From positions 94,240,001 to 94,304,000 of the forward strand of contig NC_043005.1 in NCBI RefSeq assembly GCF_006345805.1: a DNA stretch of 64,000 nt, given 5' to 3'. This document shows positions 13,445 through 25,409 of the stretch, one piece after another. Both the position numbers and the translations under genes were made by a program. Under the pieces are notes generated by a model, which did no database searches, was not told the DNA's origin, and was given only the letters and a program-made list of their open reading frames with translations. Origin of the DNA: Octopus sinensis (taxonomy: Eukaryota). Positions within the stretch are counted from its first letter, which is position 1; each line of letters opens with the position of its first letter.

Positions 13445-14175
13445 TTTTTACGTGCCACCTGCACAGGTGCCAGACAGAGCTGGCAAACGGCCACGAACGG
13501 ATGGTGCTTTTACGGGTCACCGGCACGGGGCCAGGCGATGCGATGCTGGCAACGGACACGAACGGATGGTGCTTTTACGTGCCACCGACACGGGGCCAGA
13601 CAGAGCTGGCAAACGGCCACGAACGGACGGTGCTTTTACGTGTCACCGGCACGGGGGCCAGCCGAGGTTGGCAATGAACACGAACGGATGGTGCTTTTAC
13701 GTGCCACCGACACGGGGCCAGACAGAGCTGGCAAACGGCCACGAACGGACGGTGCTTTTGTCACCGGCACGGGGGCCAGGCGAGGCTGACAACGGACACG
13801 AACGGATGGTGCTTTTACGTGCCACCGACACGGTTGCCAGACAGAGCTGGCAAACGGCCACGAACGGGCGGTGCTTTTACGTGTCACCGGCACGGGGGCC
13901 AGCCGAGGCTGGCAACGGACACGAACGGATGGTACTTTTACGTGCCACCGACACGGGGCCAGACAGAGCTGGCAAACGGTCACGAACGGACGGTACTTTT
14001 ACGTGTCACCGGCACGGGGCCAGGCAAGGCTGGCAACGAACACGAACGGATGGTGCTTTTACGTGCCACCGACACGGGGGACAGACAGAGCTGGCAAACA
14101 GCCACGAGCGAATGGTGCTTTTACGTATCACCGACACGGGTGCCAGACGAGGCTGACAGCGGACACGAACGGATG
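13445..14175. repeat. Minisatellite in the RTE 3' UTR: ~12 units of ~60 bp in alternating A/B pattern
   Basis: Repeated CACGAACGGA(T/C)GGTGCTTTTACGTG followed alternately by CCACCGACACGGGGCCAGACAGAGCTGGCAAACGGC and TCACCGGCACGGGGGCCAGCCGAGGYTGGCAA. Confidence 0.92.
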
Positions 14176-14223
14176 GGTCACTTAACCCCTGCTTTCTGAT
14201 ATATGATTTGATTCTGATTGTTC

Positions 14224-17196
14224 TCACTGGTCTTGCCGGGTCTTCTGACGCACAGCATACTTCCATAGGTCTCGGTCTCTGGTCATTTCCTTGTAGAGAC
14301 CTAGAGTTCGAAGGTCGTGCTTCACCACCTCGACCCAGGTTCTCCTGTGTCTACCTCTTCCACAGGTCCCCTCAACTGCCAGAGTGTGGCACTTTTTCAC
14401 ACACCTATCTTCATCCATTCTCGCCACATGACCATACCAGCGCAATCGTCTCTCTTGCACACAACATCTGATGCCTCTTAGGTCCAACTTTTCTCTCAAG
14501 GTACTTACACTCTGTCGACTATGAACACTGACATTACACATCCAACGGAGCATACTAGCTTCATTTCTCGCGAGCTTACGCATGTCCTCAGCAGTCACGG
14601 CCCATGTTTCAATGCCATGTAGCATAGCTGTTCGTACACATGCATCATACAGTCTGCCTTTTACTCTGAGCGAGAGGCCTTTAGTCACCAACAGGGGTAA
14701 GAGCTCCCTAAACTTTGCCCAGGTTATTCTTACTCTAGCCGTTACACTTTCAGCACACCCACCCCCACAACTGACTTGGTCACCAAGATAACGGAAGCTA
14801 TCAACTACTTCTAGCTTTTCCCCCTGGAAAGTGACGGAAGTTGTTTTCTGCAGATTTTCAGAGGTTAATGCTCCCGAGCATCTGCCACATACAAAAACCA
14901 TCTTCCTAGTTAGCCTTCCTATGACATTGCTGCACCTCTTATGTGTCCATAGCTTACACTTGGTGCATCTTATAGAGTTTCTACCTACACCTTTTCACCA
15001 GATCGAGCAGGGCCATCTACCTGAAGGCGTTTGTGATTTGTCTACCTTCCTACTTATTACGACTTTGGTTTTAGCTAGGTTGACTCTAAGGCCCTTCGAT
15101 TCTAAACCATGCTTCCACACCTGAAACTACTTCTCCAGTTCTGATAATGACTCAGCAATTAGAGCAAGGTCATCAGCATAGAGGAGCTCCCAGGGGCATC
15201 CTGTCTTGAATTCCTCCGTTATTGCCTGGAGGACTATGAAAAATAGGAGGGGGCTGAGGACTGAGCCTTGGTGGACCCCTACCTCTACCCGGAATTCTTC
15301 ACTGTACTCGTTGCCAACCCTCACCTTACTAACAGCGTCCCTGTACATGGCTTGCACAGCTCTCACTAACCATTCATCTATTCCTAGTTTCCTCATTGAC
15401 CACCAGATGAGGGATCGGGGGACCCTGTCGAAGGCTTTCTCCATGTCAACAAAAGCCAGGTACAGGGGCTTATCTTTGGCTAGGTATTTCTCCTGCAGCT
15501 GCCTTACCAGGAATATAGCATCAGTGGTACTTTTCCCTGGCACGAACCCAAACTGCATCTCATCTAAACTAACTCTCTCTCTAATTAGTTGGCTTATGAC
15601 CCTCTCTGTAACCTTCATCACCTGATCCAACAGCTTGATACCTCTGTAATTATTTGTATCTAGGGCATCACCTTTACCTTTGTAGCAGTTGACTATTATG
15701 CTGCTACACCAGTCATTGTGTATGACTCCTTCATGTATCACCTGATTAACTATACAGGTAACTAGGCTATAGCCGACACTACCAGATATTTTGAGCATCT
15801 CTGCAGTGATACCTGATGGGCCTGGGGCTTTCCCTGTCTTCATGCTTCTAATTGCCTTAGCTACCAAGGAACTATCAACCCTGATAGCTGTTCCCTCTGT
15901 TGGGTCAACGTTCGGCAGACTCTCTTTATCCCATTCATTTTCTTTATTCAGCAACCTTTCATAGTGGCGTCTCCAAGCCTCTCTCTTTGCATCCTCGTTT
16001 AGCGCAAGTGAACCATCTTCCATGCGAACACACTTCTCTCCTACCACATCACAATTCTCTCTCACACACTGTCTTGCAACGCGAAACACCTCCAGTCTTT
16101 GGTCCTCACGGCGCAGAACATTGGCAAATTTTTTCTTATCTGCTTCCCCTCTGGCTAGATAGACCTGTCTCCTAGCTTCCCTTTTAGCAGTCTGATACAA
16201 TTCCTTGCTACCACCATTCTTCCAGTGCTTCCAAGTCTGTCTCTTTTCTCTAATAACCCTGTCTACAACACTGTTCCACCACCACGTTACCTTGGGACGA
16301 GAGGGGACTTTGCACCAGCCACAGATCTGGTCAGTGGCTCTCAGCAGGTTGTCCCTTAGAAACGTCCAGTTGCCCTCTACCCCATGTGATACTCTATCCC
16401 CTTCTACTTCGTCAAAGGCTTCAAGTAACATGTCTCTAAATCTCTGTCCATTCGCAGGATCTTTAAGCTTCTAGATCCTTCTTCTCCATGTTGGTCGTCT
16501 TCTGGTTGTCCTCCTACTCCTGATCCTAAAGTCACTAACTACCAGTCTATGTTGTGGGGTACATTCTTCGCCTTGGAAGGTTTTGGCATTTATAAGTAGC
16601 CATCTCTCCCTTTGCCTGGCAAGGATGTAGTCAATTTGGCTGGTATGTTGGCCCGATCGGTAGGTGACTAGGTGGCTGGTAGGTTTCCTGAAGTTAGTGT
16701 TGCAAATCATAAGATTATTTGCATCGCAGAACTCCAGCAGCCTGGTTCCCTCCTCGTTGCGGGAACCAGAGCCATAGCCTCCATGTACGCCATGGAAGCC
16801 CCCAGCATGTCGTCCAACGTGACCATTGAAGTCACCAGCCACAAAGAGAAGGTCTCTGTCGTTCGTCAACGAGGTAGTCTGCAGTAGAGTGTCATAGAAT
16901 CGGTCTTTTTGTCCATCAGGTAGCCCCGACTGAGGAGCATAGGCTGATATAATGGTTGCTAAACTATGATGAAGCGCTAATCTAATCTTAAGTATTCTGT
17001 CGCATACTCTGATTACCTCAATTACTTTATCTACCCATTTCTCAGCGATAAGTATACCCACGCCTCCAACCCCGTCAGTGTTCCCTGCCCAGAAAATCTT
17101 GTACCTGTGTTCCTTGCCTGTGAGGAACCTAGCAGAACCTCCTCTCCACCTTACTTCTTGCATGCAACATATATCCACACATCTCCGTTCAAGCAT
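14224..17196 (-). pseudogene. RTE APE-RT ORF with a few stops
   Basis: ORF pieces 16471-17196, 15127-16431 and 14224-14901, linked by in-frame sequence with stops. Confidence 0.93.
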
Positions 17197-18049
17197 CTCA
17201 ACTATCTCGCCAGACCTACCTTTCAGTGTGTGGTTATACGTATATATATTTATTGATAGAGATAATTTTAGATCTTAATTCTTATATTTATATATATTTA
17301 TTGATAATTTAGTTATTATTCAAATATTTTATAATTATTTGATTTGAACTTAAATTTAATAATATGAATAGTGATTATTTTTTTGTTAAATAATTAGGTA
17401 ATTAGATATTGACTATAACTGAGATAGGGTTATTCGTGAGTTTATTATGTTTTTTTAAAGCCATATTATATCTGAATAGATAAATACATTTTTTATCTAT
17501 TCTTACCTTAAAAATTAATATTTAACATTATAATTGGATTGTATGACATAATCATAATCGTTAAAGTTTCTAGTTTGATAATAGAGTTTTTATAAGAAAA
17601 ATTATTATTTTATTTATTTCTTTAAAAATATTGTTTAAATATATTTGCTTATTTATTTAACTATTATCTTTAACCTGAAGATTGACTATAACCATAATTC
17701 GAATTATTAATTGAATTTAAATTATTGTAATTTGAATTAGGTTATGGGCATGAAATGTACGTAGTGGTTTTACTTTTTATCTTATATTAAACTTTTTTAT
17801 ACTTTTTGATAGTTATATATATATTTAATAAAAAATATATTAAAAAAAAATTTATAAATATAAATTAATAATTTTAATTTTAAATTTAAATAATTTAGAT
17901 TTTTAAATTTTATATTTTATATTTTTTGTATATTATATTAATTATTTTTTATTTTTATGTTTTGGTTTATGTTTTTCACTGTTTGATTTGCCTAATAGTG
18001 GTTTTATCTCGAATTTAATTTATATTATGTGAATATATATATATATATA

Positions 18050-18108
18050 TGATTGATTGATTGATTCTAGTTTCAGCTCACGAGCTGTGGCCATGCTGGG
18101 GCACCGCC

Positions 18109-18112
<4 letters not shown>
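18050..18112 (-). mobile_element. Ultra-truncated retroposon 3' tip identical to the CR1 3' end, with (ATCA)n tail, inside (TA)n
   Basis: 18066-18112 is the exact reverse complement of 8860-8906 (47 nt). Confidence 0.85.
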
Positions 18113-18170
<58 letters not shown>

Positions 18171-18409
18171 CCGGAGTAAACACATAAATGTGAAACAAGG
18201 TGGAAAAAAGAGTACTCAAATACCAATGGTAGAGTAATATGCTTTATTTAAAGCAGCAGAAAATTCAACAAAACCTCTTACTCTGAGTTTCGCGTTGCCG
18301 TTCATCGGACAGTTTTTGCTAGAATATTCTAGCAAAAACTGTCCGATGAATGGCAACGCGAAACTCAGAGTAACAGGTTTTGTTGAATTTTCTGCTGCTT
18401 TAAATAAAG

Positions 18410-18410
<1 letters not shown>
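18171..18410. mobile_element. Fold-back mini-element: 84-bp-arm palindrome (18242-18409) plus ~70-nt unique extension, embedded in (TA)n
   Basis: Arms are reverse complements with 2 mismatches and no spacer, centred at AAT|ATT 18325/18326. Confidence 0.88.
18339..18376 (+). ncRNA. Minimal type I hammerhead-like motif (U4C); mirror copy on the minus strand at 18275-18312
   Basis: CTGT-CCGATGA-A-(T/C)G-GCAA-CG-C-GAAA-CTCAGAGT-A-ACAG: stem I CTGT/ACAG, stem III ACTC(A)GAGT, GTA cleavage triplet. Confidence 0.62.
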
Positions 18411-18488
<78 letters not shown>

Positions 18489-18830
18489 ATTATATATATA
18501 TATATATATATATGCCTTCATATATTACCAAACAATACTCTGAACTAATACCACTTTCATTGCTAATAATGAATATGTGTGTGTGGAGAGAGAGAGGGTT
18601 ATAATCCAATGCGTTCTTTTAAAGCACATCTGCATATCCCAGCTCTGCAATGTATATCCATAGATATTATGATCTATATGAGAGTTGGAAACACTGGAGA
18701 ATGTTAAATACTGGAAAATATTTATTACATTGTAATAACATATCAAAACAGAAAACTAGAAAATTTTGGTATTACTTATTCCATATTCCATGTGTTTCTT
18801 ATCCAAAAGGGGATACATAGGTATGCATGT

Positions 18831-19201
18831 AGAAAGTTTAGGCTTTCTTCCAGAGTTTTGTTTCGACGAGGAGGTTTCTCCCTCTTTCTCAAAGACTGTC
18901 ATTACTTTCAAGACAGTACTTCTTGATACACAAAACATTTCGGATGTTTTCGTTACGCCAGCACCTGCCATATGAGCACCAACAATTTGACCTCTTTGAA
19001 AGTCCGACAGATCTGTCACTTTATTGAATTTTGATTACTTTTTTCTGTTGATATCTGAAAAGAAAAAGCAATTTTAGTAAAACATATTAAGCAACACTAA
19101 TAATAAATCAAAAAACATAAAAAATAAATGAGCTTTTGACAGTTTTATAGATATTTCAAAATTATGATGCTAGGTGTTTCCATTATTTTGTTCAAACCCT
19201 G
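18831..19201 (-). mobile_element. Tc1-like transposon 5' fragment (TIR + HTH N-terminus)
   Basis: MTDLSDFQRGQIVGAH...VSRSTVLKVM...NSGRKPKLS. The end TA|CAGGGTTTGAACAAAATAATGG lies at ~19180-19203. The second TIR was not found. Confidence 0.82.
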
Positions 19202-19254
19202 TATATATCAGGTTGTCCAAAAAGTTCTTAGTGCTTTTTAAGTGCAATAAAGAA

Positions 19255-19460
19255 GAAATCTCCAAAAGTAAGCCTCGCAGGTTACTCCTTCTTCAGGGTC
19301 ATATTTGAGTTTGCTTATGGTGTTTGCTACATGGTCAGATAAAAATCAACTTCATTAATTTTAACATTTGCTGCTGCACTCTGCATTGTTATTCGCATTG
19401 CTCCTTGAATTGTTGTTGCTGTTTTTGCAACTCAACCACCCCAGCTAACAAATCTTCCAT
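19255..19460 (-). pseudogene. Gypsy gag N-terminal relic
   Basis: Frameshifted MEDLL...QQQQF...SDHVANTISKLKYDPEEGVTCEAYFWRF, a typical Gypsy gag N-terminal signature. Confidence 0.6.
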
Positions 19461-20179
19461 ATTTTACAGTTTGCACAAGATTTTTGGTTCTCTTTTGTCG
19501 AGTTATTTAATTTTCCACATGTGAATCTCTTTTTATCACTCCACGTCAATTTGTTTTTCCTCGTCACCACTGTTATAAAGTGGGTTCCTCCCACTCATGT
19601 GATGTGTGACTGTCGTTGTACTGAAGTAGCCACAATAGTTCCTAGTCATCAGATGCCATTGTATCTCTTCATACTAGAATAGTAATACACCACTAACTTC
19701 TCCTGTCTTAATATCATTGATACCTCCACAAGACCCCCGACTAGAACTGTTGACTCCCAACCCTCTCTTGATGACTGGTTTCTTTATAATGACTCTTTCC
19801 TCCTACTTTTTACCAGATGGAATATACAGTTTCACTATACTACAAAATCATAATCACATTCTCCAATTTTATCTGTTTCTAGTAAAAATATTGAATATCT
19901 AATTTTTTTCTGTCAATTTCTAATTTTGAACAGTTCTATATGAAGCATACTTGGAATATTTTAGTTTTGCTTTTCTTTTTCTCGTTTTTCCTTTTTTTTA
20001 CTTTTTTTCTCCATATTGTATTAGATATTTGTTCTTAAGAAGCATTTCTGTTTTCAAGGAGATAGTGTTAATAAGTGCATGAAACTAATCAATATCTATG
20101 CCAAATTGTTTTATATTGCACTTGAAATGTTCCTTCATCTGTTTAACATATCTTTCTATACCTTTTTTCTTTTTACTTT

Positions 20180-20420
20180 CTAGGCCTCAGCTTGGTATCG
20201 ATGTTTTCAAATGGGATGCTTGTCATTTGCCACTTGCCAGCCACAGTGTAGATGTTTTCATCACTGATTGAGGACTTACATTCAGTCCCCTCTTTTCCTC
20301 GAACAGACTCGGCAACTCCAGCGAACACCACAGATTCTGCACAACCCCGACACACCAAATCAGGAAGAACAGTTCGATGGCCAGCAAGGTTTGTGCAAGT
20401 TTTTCGGGTAAGTTCTGAAC
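20180..20420 (+). pseudogene. Possible Gypsy integrase C-terminal tail relic
   Basis: Reads ...HTKSGRTVRWPARF, resembling the T(R/K)SGRxVxxPxRF tail. A PPT-like AGAAGGGGGTAG|TGT lies near 20966-20982. Confidence 0.35.
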
Positions 20421-21819
20421 TCCTAACGTATCCATCTTCCTAATGAACACATAACTGCATCACCCACCCAGAGAAATCAAAGAACATTTGTGCACATAAA
20501 AAAAAAATGAAAACAAAAACTGTCTGTATGAACTTTTACGGAACATTTCAAAATCGAACTTTGCCGATGAACATTTCTTTCATTTTTGCATGTACATATT
20601 TTTTGATTTCTCTTCAAAATGTTTTGCTTTCTTATATATATATTTTTGCTAACTGTATATCCACACACATTTACAAATCTTGTTCTCATGCGTGCTATCA
20701 CTCGATCTTTTTCGCCACTGAAAGACACCTTGCCTCTATTAGACCTCTAGTAGGTCGAGTAATCAATAGACGCACATCTCTTTCAACGCGCCAACATAAT
20801 TCTGCCTGGGCACATATACATATTGCCCACCATATAGCACATACAAACTGTAAACCTTTCATTCATATTTTTATCGTTCAATGTGTAAAATTTTTTTTCT
20901 GCATACACACAAAAAAAAAAAAAATTACATTTCCAATATCGTTCGATCTCTGTGGCTTTCTCACTAGAAGGGGGGTAGTGTAAGAGTTAGCACTTCCTTC
21001 TCTAAGCTTGGATTCGAAATCAAACCCATGAATCATTGGTCGTCAAATACCAATGCATGAAAAGGCGCCAAATCAGAATTCCTTTGTTCTGACAAAAAGT
21101 GATGGATCGTCTCCCTTCGACCTCTGACCTGAGCAGGTCAGGCGAAGTTTAACTGAACGACCAGTGACCTACTTTAACGATAACTCTCTTGCGATATATC
21201 TATTTTTCTGGCTATTTGAGATTTTATAAATAGAACGGAAAAATCGGTATCTGGGGAGAACCAGAGCTGACGCCTAAATGAACGCTACGCATTTCTGGAG
21301 ACGACGAGAGAATATGCATAAAGGTGACTGTCCTGCATGATTTACTCTCACACACACACACACACCATCAAACATATTCTTCTTTAATATGTATCATGTA
21401 TTATGCATTTCTTTAATATGTATTCTTTGCAAGCATTATTTAATATGCATTTTTGTACAAGCAATGTGTAGCATTGCTTACAAATTGATGTAGTGAAAAT
21501 AAATCTCTAATTTATTACAAAACAACTTATGTATTTATTAATACATCCACGCATCCACTACAATACTATCAAGAAACTATAAATAAATAAAAATATTACA
21601 TCAAACAATAATAATATCAACAATAATAATAATTTCAAACACACAACGGTTCAATATTCAAATAAAATAGAGAAACGATAAAAATCAGACTTAGCTTTAA
21701 CGAAGAATGAAGAGTAACTGAATTTTAAAAGAAATAAATAGTTAAGGCGTTTATAAAATTATCGCGTGGATACATAGTGCAAAGAAATAGAATAAATCCT
21801 CAATGAACGTAGCAAAACT

Positions 21820-21884
<65 letters not shown>

Positions 21885-21904
21885 ATATATATATGTGTGT
21901 GTGA

Positions 21905-24248
21905 GGTGAGTACTCAGTTTAACACACTCACCTATATTGGTTGCTCAACCTCCTGGAAATCCAGATACTACAACCACCGGTCCTCGCTGAGACACAGACA
22001 TAAGGCTAACAGCACCTCCCTCTCTAAAAGAATTTGGGAATTAAAAGACAAATGCATAGGCTTCAAACTCAGATGGTCCATCATCGGATCAGCTGCACCT
22101 TATTTAAATAATAGAGCAGGATGCCAACTATGTTGTGTAGAACTCCTGAACATCTTGAAATTCAAAGACAAACACAATCTTATTAACAAAAGGTCAGAGT
22201 TCAAACCATCCTGTATACATAAACTTATTAATACTTTCAAATACTACAATGCTTAGGTCTTATACCAACTCCCCCATGCAATTTCCTCCCACCCGGTGCA
22301 ACCTGTCGGCTCCAGCACATCCCGCTTTCCTATATGTGCGTGTATATGTGTATGTGTGTGTGTGTGCGTATGTATGTGCACATACGTGTACGTATGTGTA
22401 CATATATATATACATGTACATGTGCGTGTGTGTGTGTGTGTGGGTGTGTGTATGTGCATATACGGTTCCCTGCATTTTCCTCCTATATATACAAATTTTG
22501 TCTCCCATATATGACTTCTTTTCCCTAAATATTTCTTCTCCTACACCCATATCCTCCCTATGTAGTCTCTTTAATTCCCTATATCTATACCCTTTCACAT
22601 TTCTAACTCGGATGTTGAACGTACACCGCCAAACTCCACTTCCCACCCTTCCAATTTTCAGTTCCCCCCGCCCGCCCATACGTTTAACACACACCTCTAA
22701 CTTTCAACCACCTTCATCTCATGTTAAACTTTACCAAATTATACTTTTATCTTATTTTATTTTATTTTTACTTTTATTTTTACTTTTATCCTACTTCCAT
22801 TTATTTTTATTTTTAATTTTATTTTTACTTTTATTCTACTTCCATTTATTCTCATTTTTATTTTCATCCCTTACCTTAACTCTTATAATTTTTATAATTC
22901 TTATATTTCATTTCTAACTATTACATTGTATTTCTTATTTTATACTGTATTTTTTATTTCTAATCTTCACCCTTACCCTCATTCTTACCCATAACTTATC
23001 GCTTTACACCTCTATATATGTTTATTTACTTACCTATGGATCCACTTTTTGACTATACGAGCGTCCGCGTACGTGTGTGTGCGCATACATACATATGCAC
23101 ACGCATATATGTACATGCATACTTCGATATCTTATAGCTGGACCCATGTGCGCGTGTGTCTCTGTGTGTGTATATGAGTGTATAGGTGCACGCGCATACG
23201 GACACAGCCGTGTGTGCGTGCACGTATAGACATGAGTACGGGATTGTTTACATACGTTCTTATACACATCCTTTAATATCTTATACCTAGACCTAGAGGC
23301 GTGGGCATATACGTGTGTGTATGTAGTGATGGGCGCGCGTATATACATGTGAGTGTGTACGCGTATAATGTCCGTGTATACATGCGGATATTCTGTTGTA
23401 TGTGTGTGTGTGTACGCGCGTGCGTGTGGGTGCGTGTGTGTTTATGTGCGTGTTTACACGCGAGTGCGTGTGTATGCTTATAGGCTTGGAGGCGTGTATG
23501 TGGGTGTATGTATCCATGATGATATGTATGTACTAGAAGTCCATTTAATTCAAGGAACCAGATTAAATGCTCATCAGCTCTGATTTACAACGCATTAGGT
23601 CCCCAGACGAAACTGTTGATTTACTGACAATTCTACAACTAAATTTTATCAATCTCCTGACCACCATGCTTGGTCCGTAACCTCTATACATCCCTTATCT
23701 TTACATTCTTTTACACTTTTATCATGTTTTTATCAGGTTTTTTTACTTTTATTTCTATTTCTATTTTTACTTTATAACCTTATGCCTTTACATTATTTAT
23801 ATTTCTTTATTTTCTTTATACCCCCTTTACATCTCCTTACAACTCTTTATATCTTTATCCTCTACATTTTTATATTATTCTATACTTACACTTTTTATAC
23901 ATTTTTTATCCCTCGTCCCGAACTCTCGCCCCTCCATCTTCACCTCTATATATGTATTTATTTATTTACATTACCTCAACATCCAATTTTCCTCATTCTA
24001 CATTGAGAGAAGAAAGAGATGGACGCTTCAATTCTATGCTGCTGCCGCATTATGTCGTACGTGAATGAGAGGATTTGCCTCCCCAACCAAGAATTTTTGA
24101 TGTAACACATGTCCTTGTGGAAGCTGTTGTGCGCGGCTGAAGAAGGCCACAGACATACATTATGCATTGTTATAAATCTGTCTAATAAAGGCCCGAAACA
24201 TATGTACCGCTGAATCCTTCGCATCATGTTTTTATTTTATTTTGATCA

Positions 24249-24250
<2 letters not shown>
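21905..24250 (+). mobile_element. Penelope-like element 3, 5'-truncated: GIY-YIG C-terminal part plus 3' region with HHR, ending in (TA)n
   Basis: TYIGCSTSWKSRYYNHRSS...STSLSKRIWELK...WSII...CQLC...LINKRSEF...CIH (21905-22256). An HHR lies on the same strand ~1.9 kb downstream. Linkage of the two is inferred. Confidence 0.78.
24133..24210 (+). ncRNA. Type I hammerhead ribozyme, canonical core, extended stem II
   Basis: GCGG-CTGAAGA-AGGCC-ACAGA...TCTGT...GGCCC-GAAA-CATATGT-A-CCGC: 4-bp stem I, palindromic stem III ACATATGT, GTA triplet. Confidence 0.8.
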
Positions 24251-24290
<40 letters not shown>

Positions 24291-25040
24291 ACTCTCTCCC
24301 TTTGCTTTAACCTCTTCAATCTTTCTCCCTCCCACTCCTCCTCTCTCTTCGCCGCGTGTCCCCCTCCTCCTTCCCTCTTCCTTGCCTATAAAACAAAATT
24401 CCTTAACACGTGATTCCCACTATTGAAAAGACTGCCTCCACGCGCTGCTACTACACTTTCGTCCTTGCCAGCAAAAGGCTTCTTCGTTCGTCCCCTTGTG
24501 TGGTTGATTTCCTGTATAGTATTCTTGTTATTTTCTCGTTTTGTAACTAATTGTACTTTTTGTACATGTATATTTTATTTTTGCAGTTTTATCGTTTGTC
24601 TATGCCAGAAAAAAAGGCTTTTTCGTTCGTCCTCTTGTGTTTGTTTTTGTACATGTATTTTAATTTTGCAGTCTTATTGTTACGTCTTGTTTGTGTTCGT
24701 ACTCATTTTGCCCCGCTGCTTGGAATTTTATTTTAATTCTCTCGCAGGAAGGCCTATTGGATTAGTGTTCTGTTATGCCTTCGAAACATGCCTGACTCCT
24801 CTCGCGACAGCTGATGACGGGGGTTTTGTCCTTGTGTAGCTCGTCCTGTATTTGTTTTTCGTTTTCTGTTTTTCGTTTTCCGTTTTCTTGTTTTTGTTTT
24901 TTGTTTGGCTTTTTCCGTTTCTACGTCTTTTTGTGATGTCCTGTACTCCCGTATAATTATTTATATATGCATGTATATATACATGTAGATGTAGGTACGT
25001 ACATATATGTTTGTATGTATGCATATATTTTTATTTATCT

Positions 25041-25077
<37 letters not shown>

Positions 25078-25079
<2 letters not shown>

Positions 25080-25409
25080 CGGAGATGTACTCGCATAGCA
25101 AGTGATTTGATCTGAGATCGTGTGCTGAAACGAAAACAATTGCAGCGTGGAAGGTGTTTGTAAGCCATTTAAGAAACACACAAAAGTCGTTCGATTCGCT
25201 TCAACATTTAAGTTTAATTTGTCAAAATATTTTCGTCGCTAAAATCCGCGACCTGTTCACTGACAAAAAAGATGCAGCACGGATTTTTGTCAGTGAACAG
25301 GTCGCGGATTTAGCGACGAAAATATTTTGACAAATTAATCTTAAATACTGAAGCGAATCGAACGGTTTTTTGTGTTTCTTAAATGGCTTACAAACACCTT
25401 CCACACTGC

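Larger units (their letters stand above)
13279..17232 (-). mobile_element. Near full-length RTE-clade LINE with (GAT)n tail
   Basis: APE domain (MQEVRW, SAYAP, GDFNGHVG, IDYIL, HRLVV) and RT (QFGFVPGKST, FVDMEKAFD, QGSVLSPLLF, YADD, FRYLG, RRLRWYGHV). The 3' UTR is repeat-rich and ends in (GAT)n. Confidence 0.96.
7131..18026 (+). mobile_element. Penelope-like element 1 (PLE1) bounded by direct pLTR-like repeats, with nested insertions
   Basis: About 200-bp direct repeat at 7131-7333 and 17801-18026 (ACTTTTGATAGTTATATAT...CTAATAGT...AATTTATATT) flanks an RT + GIY-YIG ORF and an AT-rich 3' region. That the two repeats belong to one element is inferred. Confidence 0.7.

Noticed and set aside
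13445-14175. CRISPR-like repeat/spacer appearance
   Set aside because: The apparent spacers are themselves repeats (A/B), the array lies in a LINE 3' UTR, and the context is eukaryotic with no cas genes.
17665-17715. CTGAAGA...CGAAT in the PLE1 3' region, where an HHR is expected
   Set aside because: No convincing stem II or III, and GAAA is not intact.
19204-19240. Possible second mariner-type TIR (CAGGTTGTCCAAAAAGTTC)
   Set aside because: No partner TIR or transposase was found.
24745-24800. GAAGGC...GCCTTC-GAAACATGC hammerhead-like relic
   Set aside because: Stem II and GAAA are present but the core (TCGCAGGA) and U16.1 do not match. At best a decayed relic.
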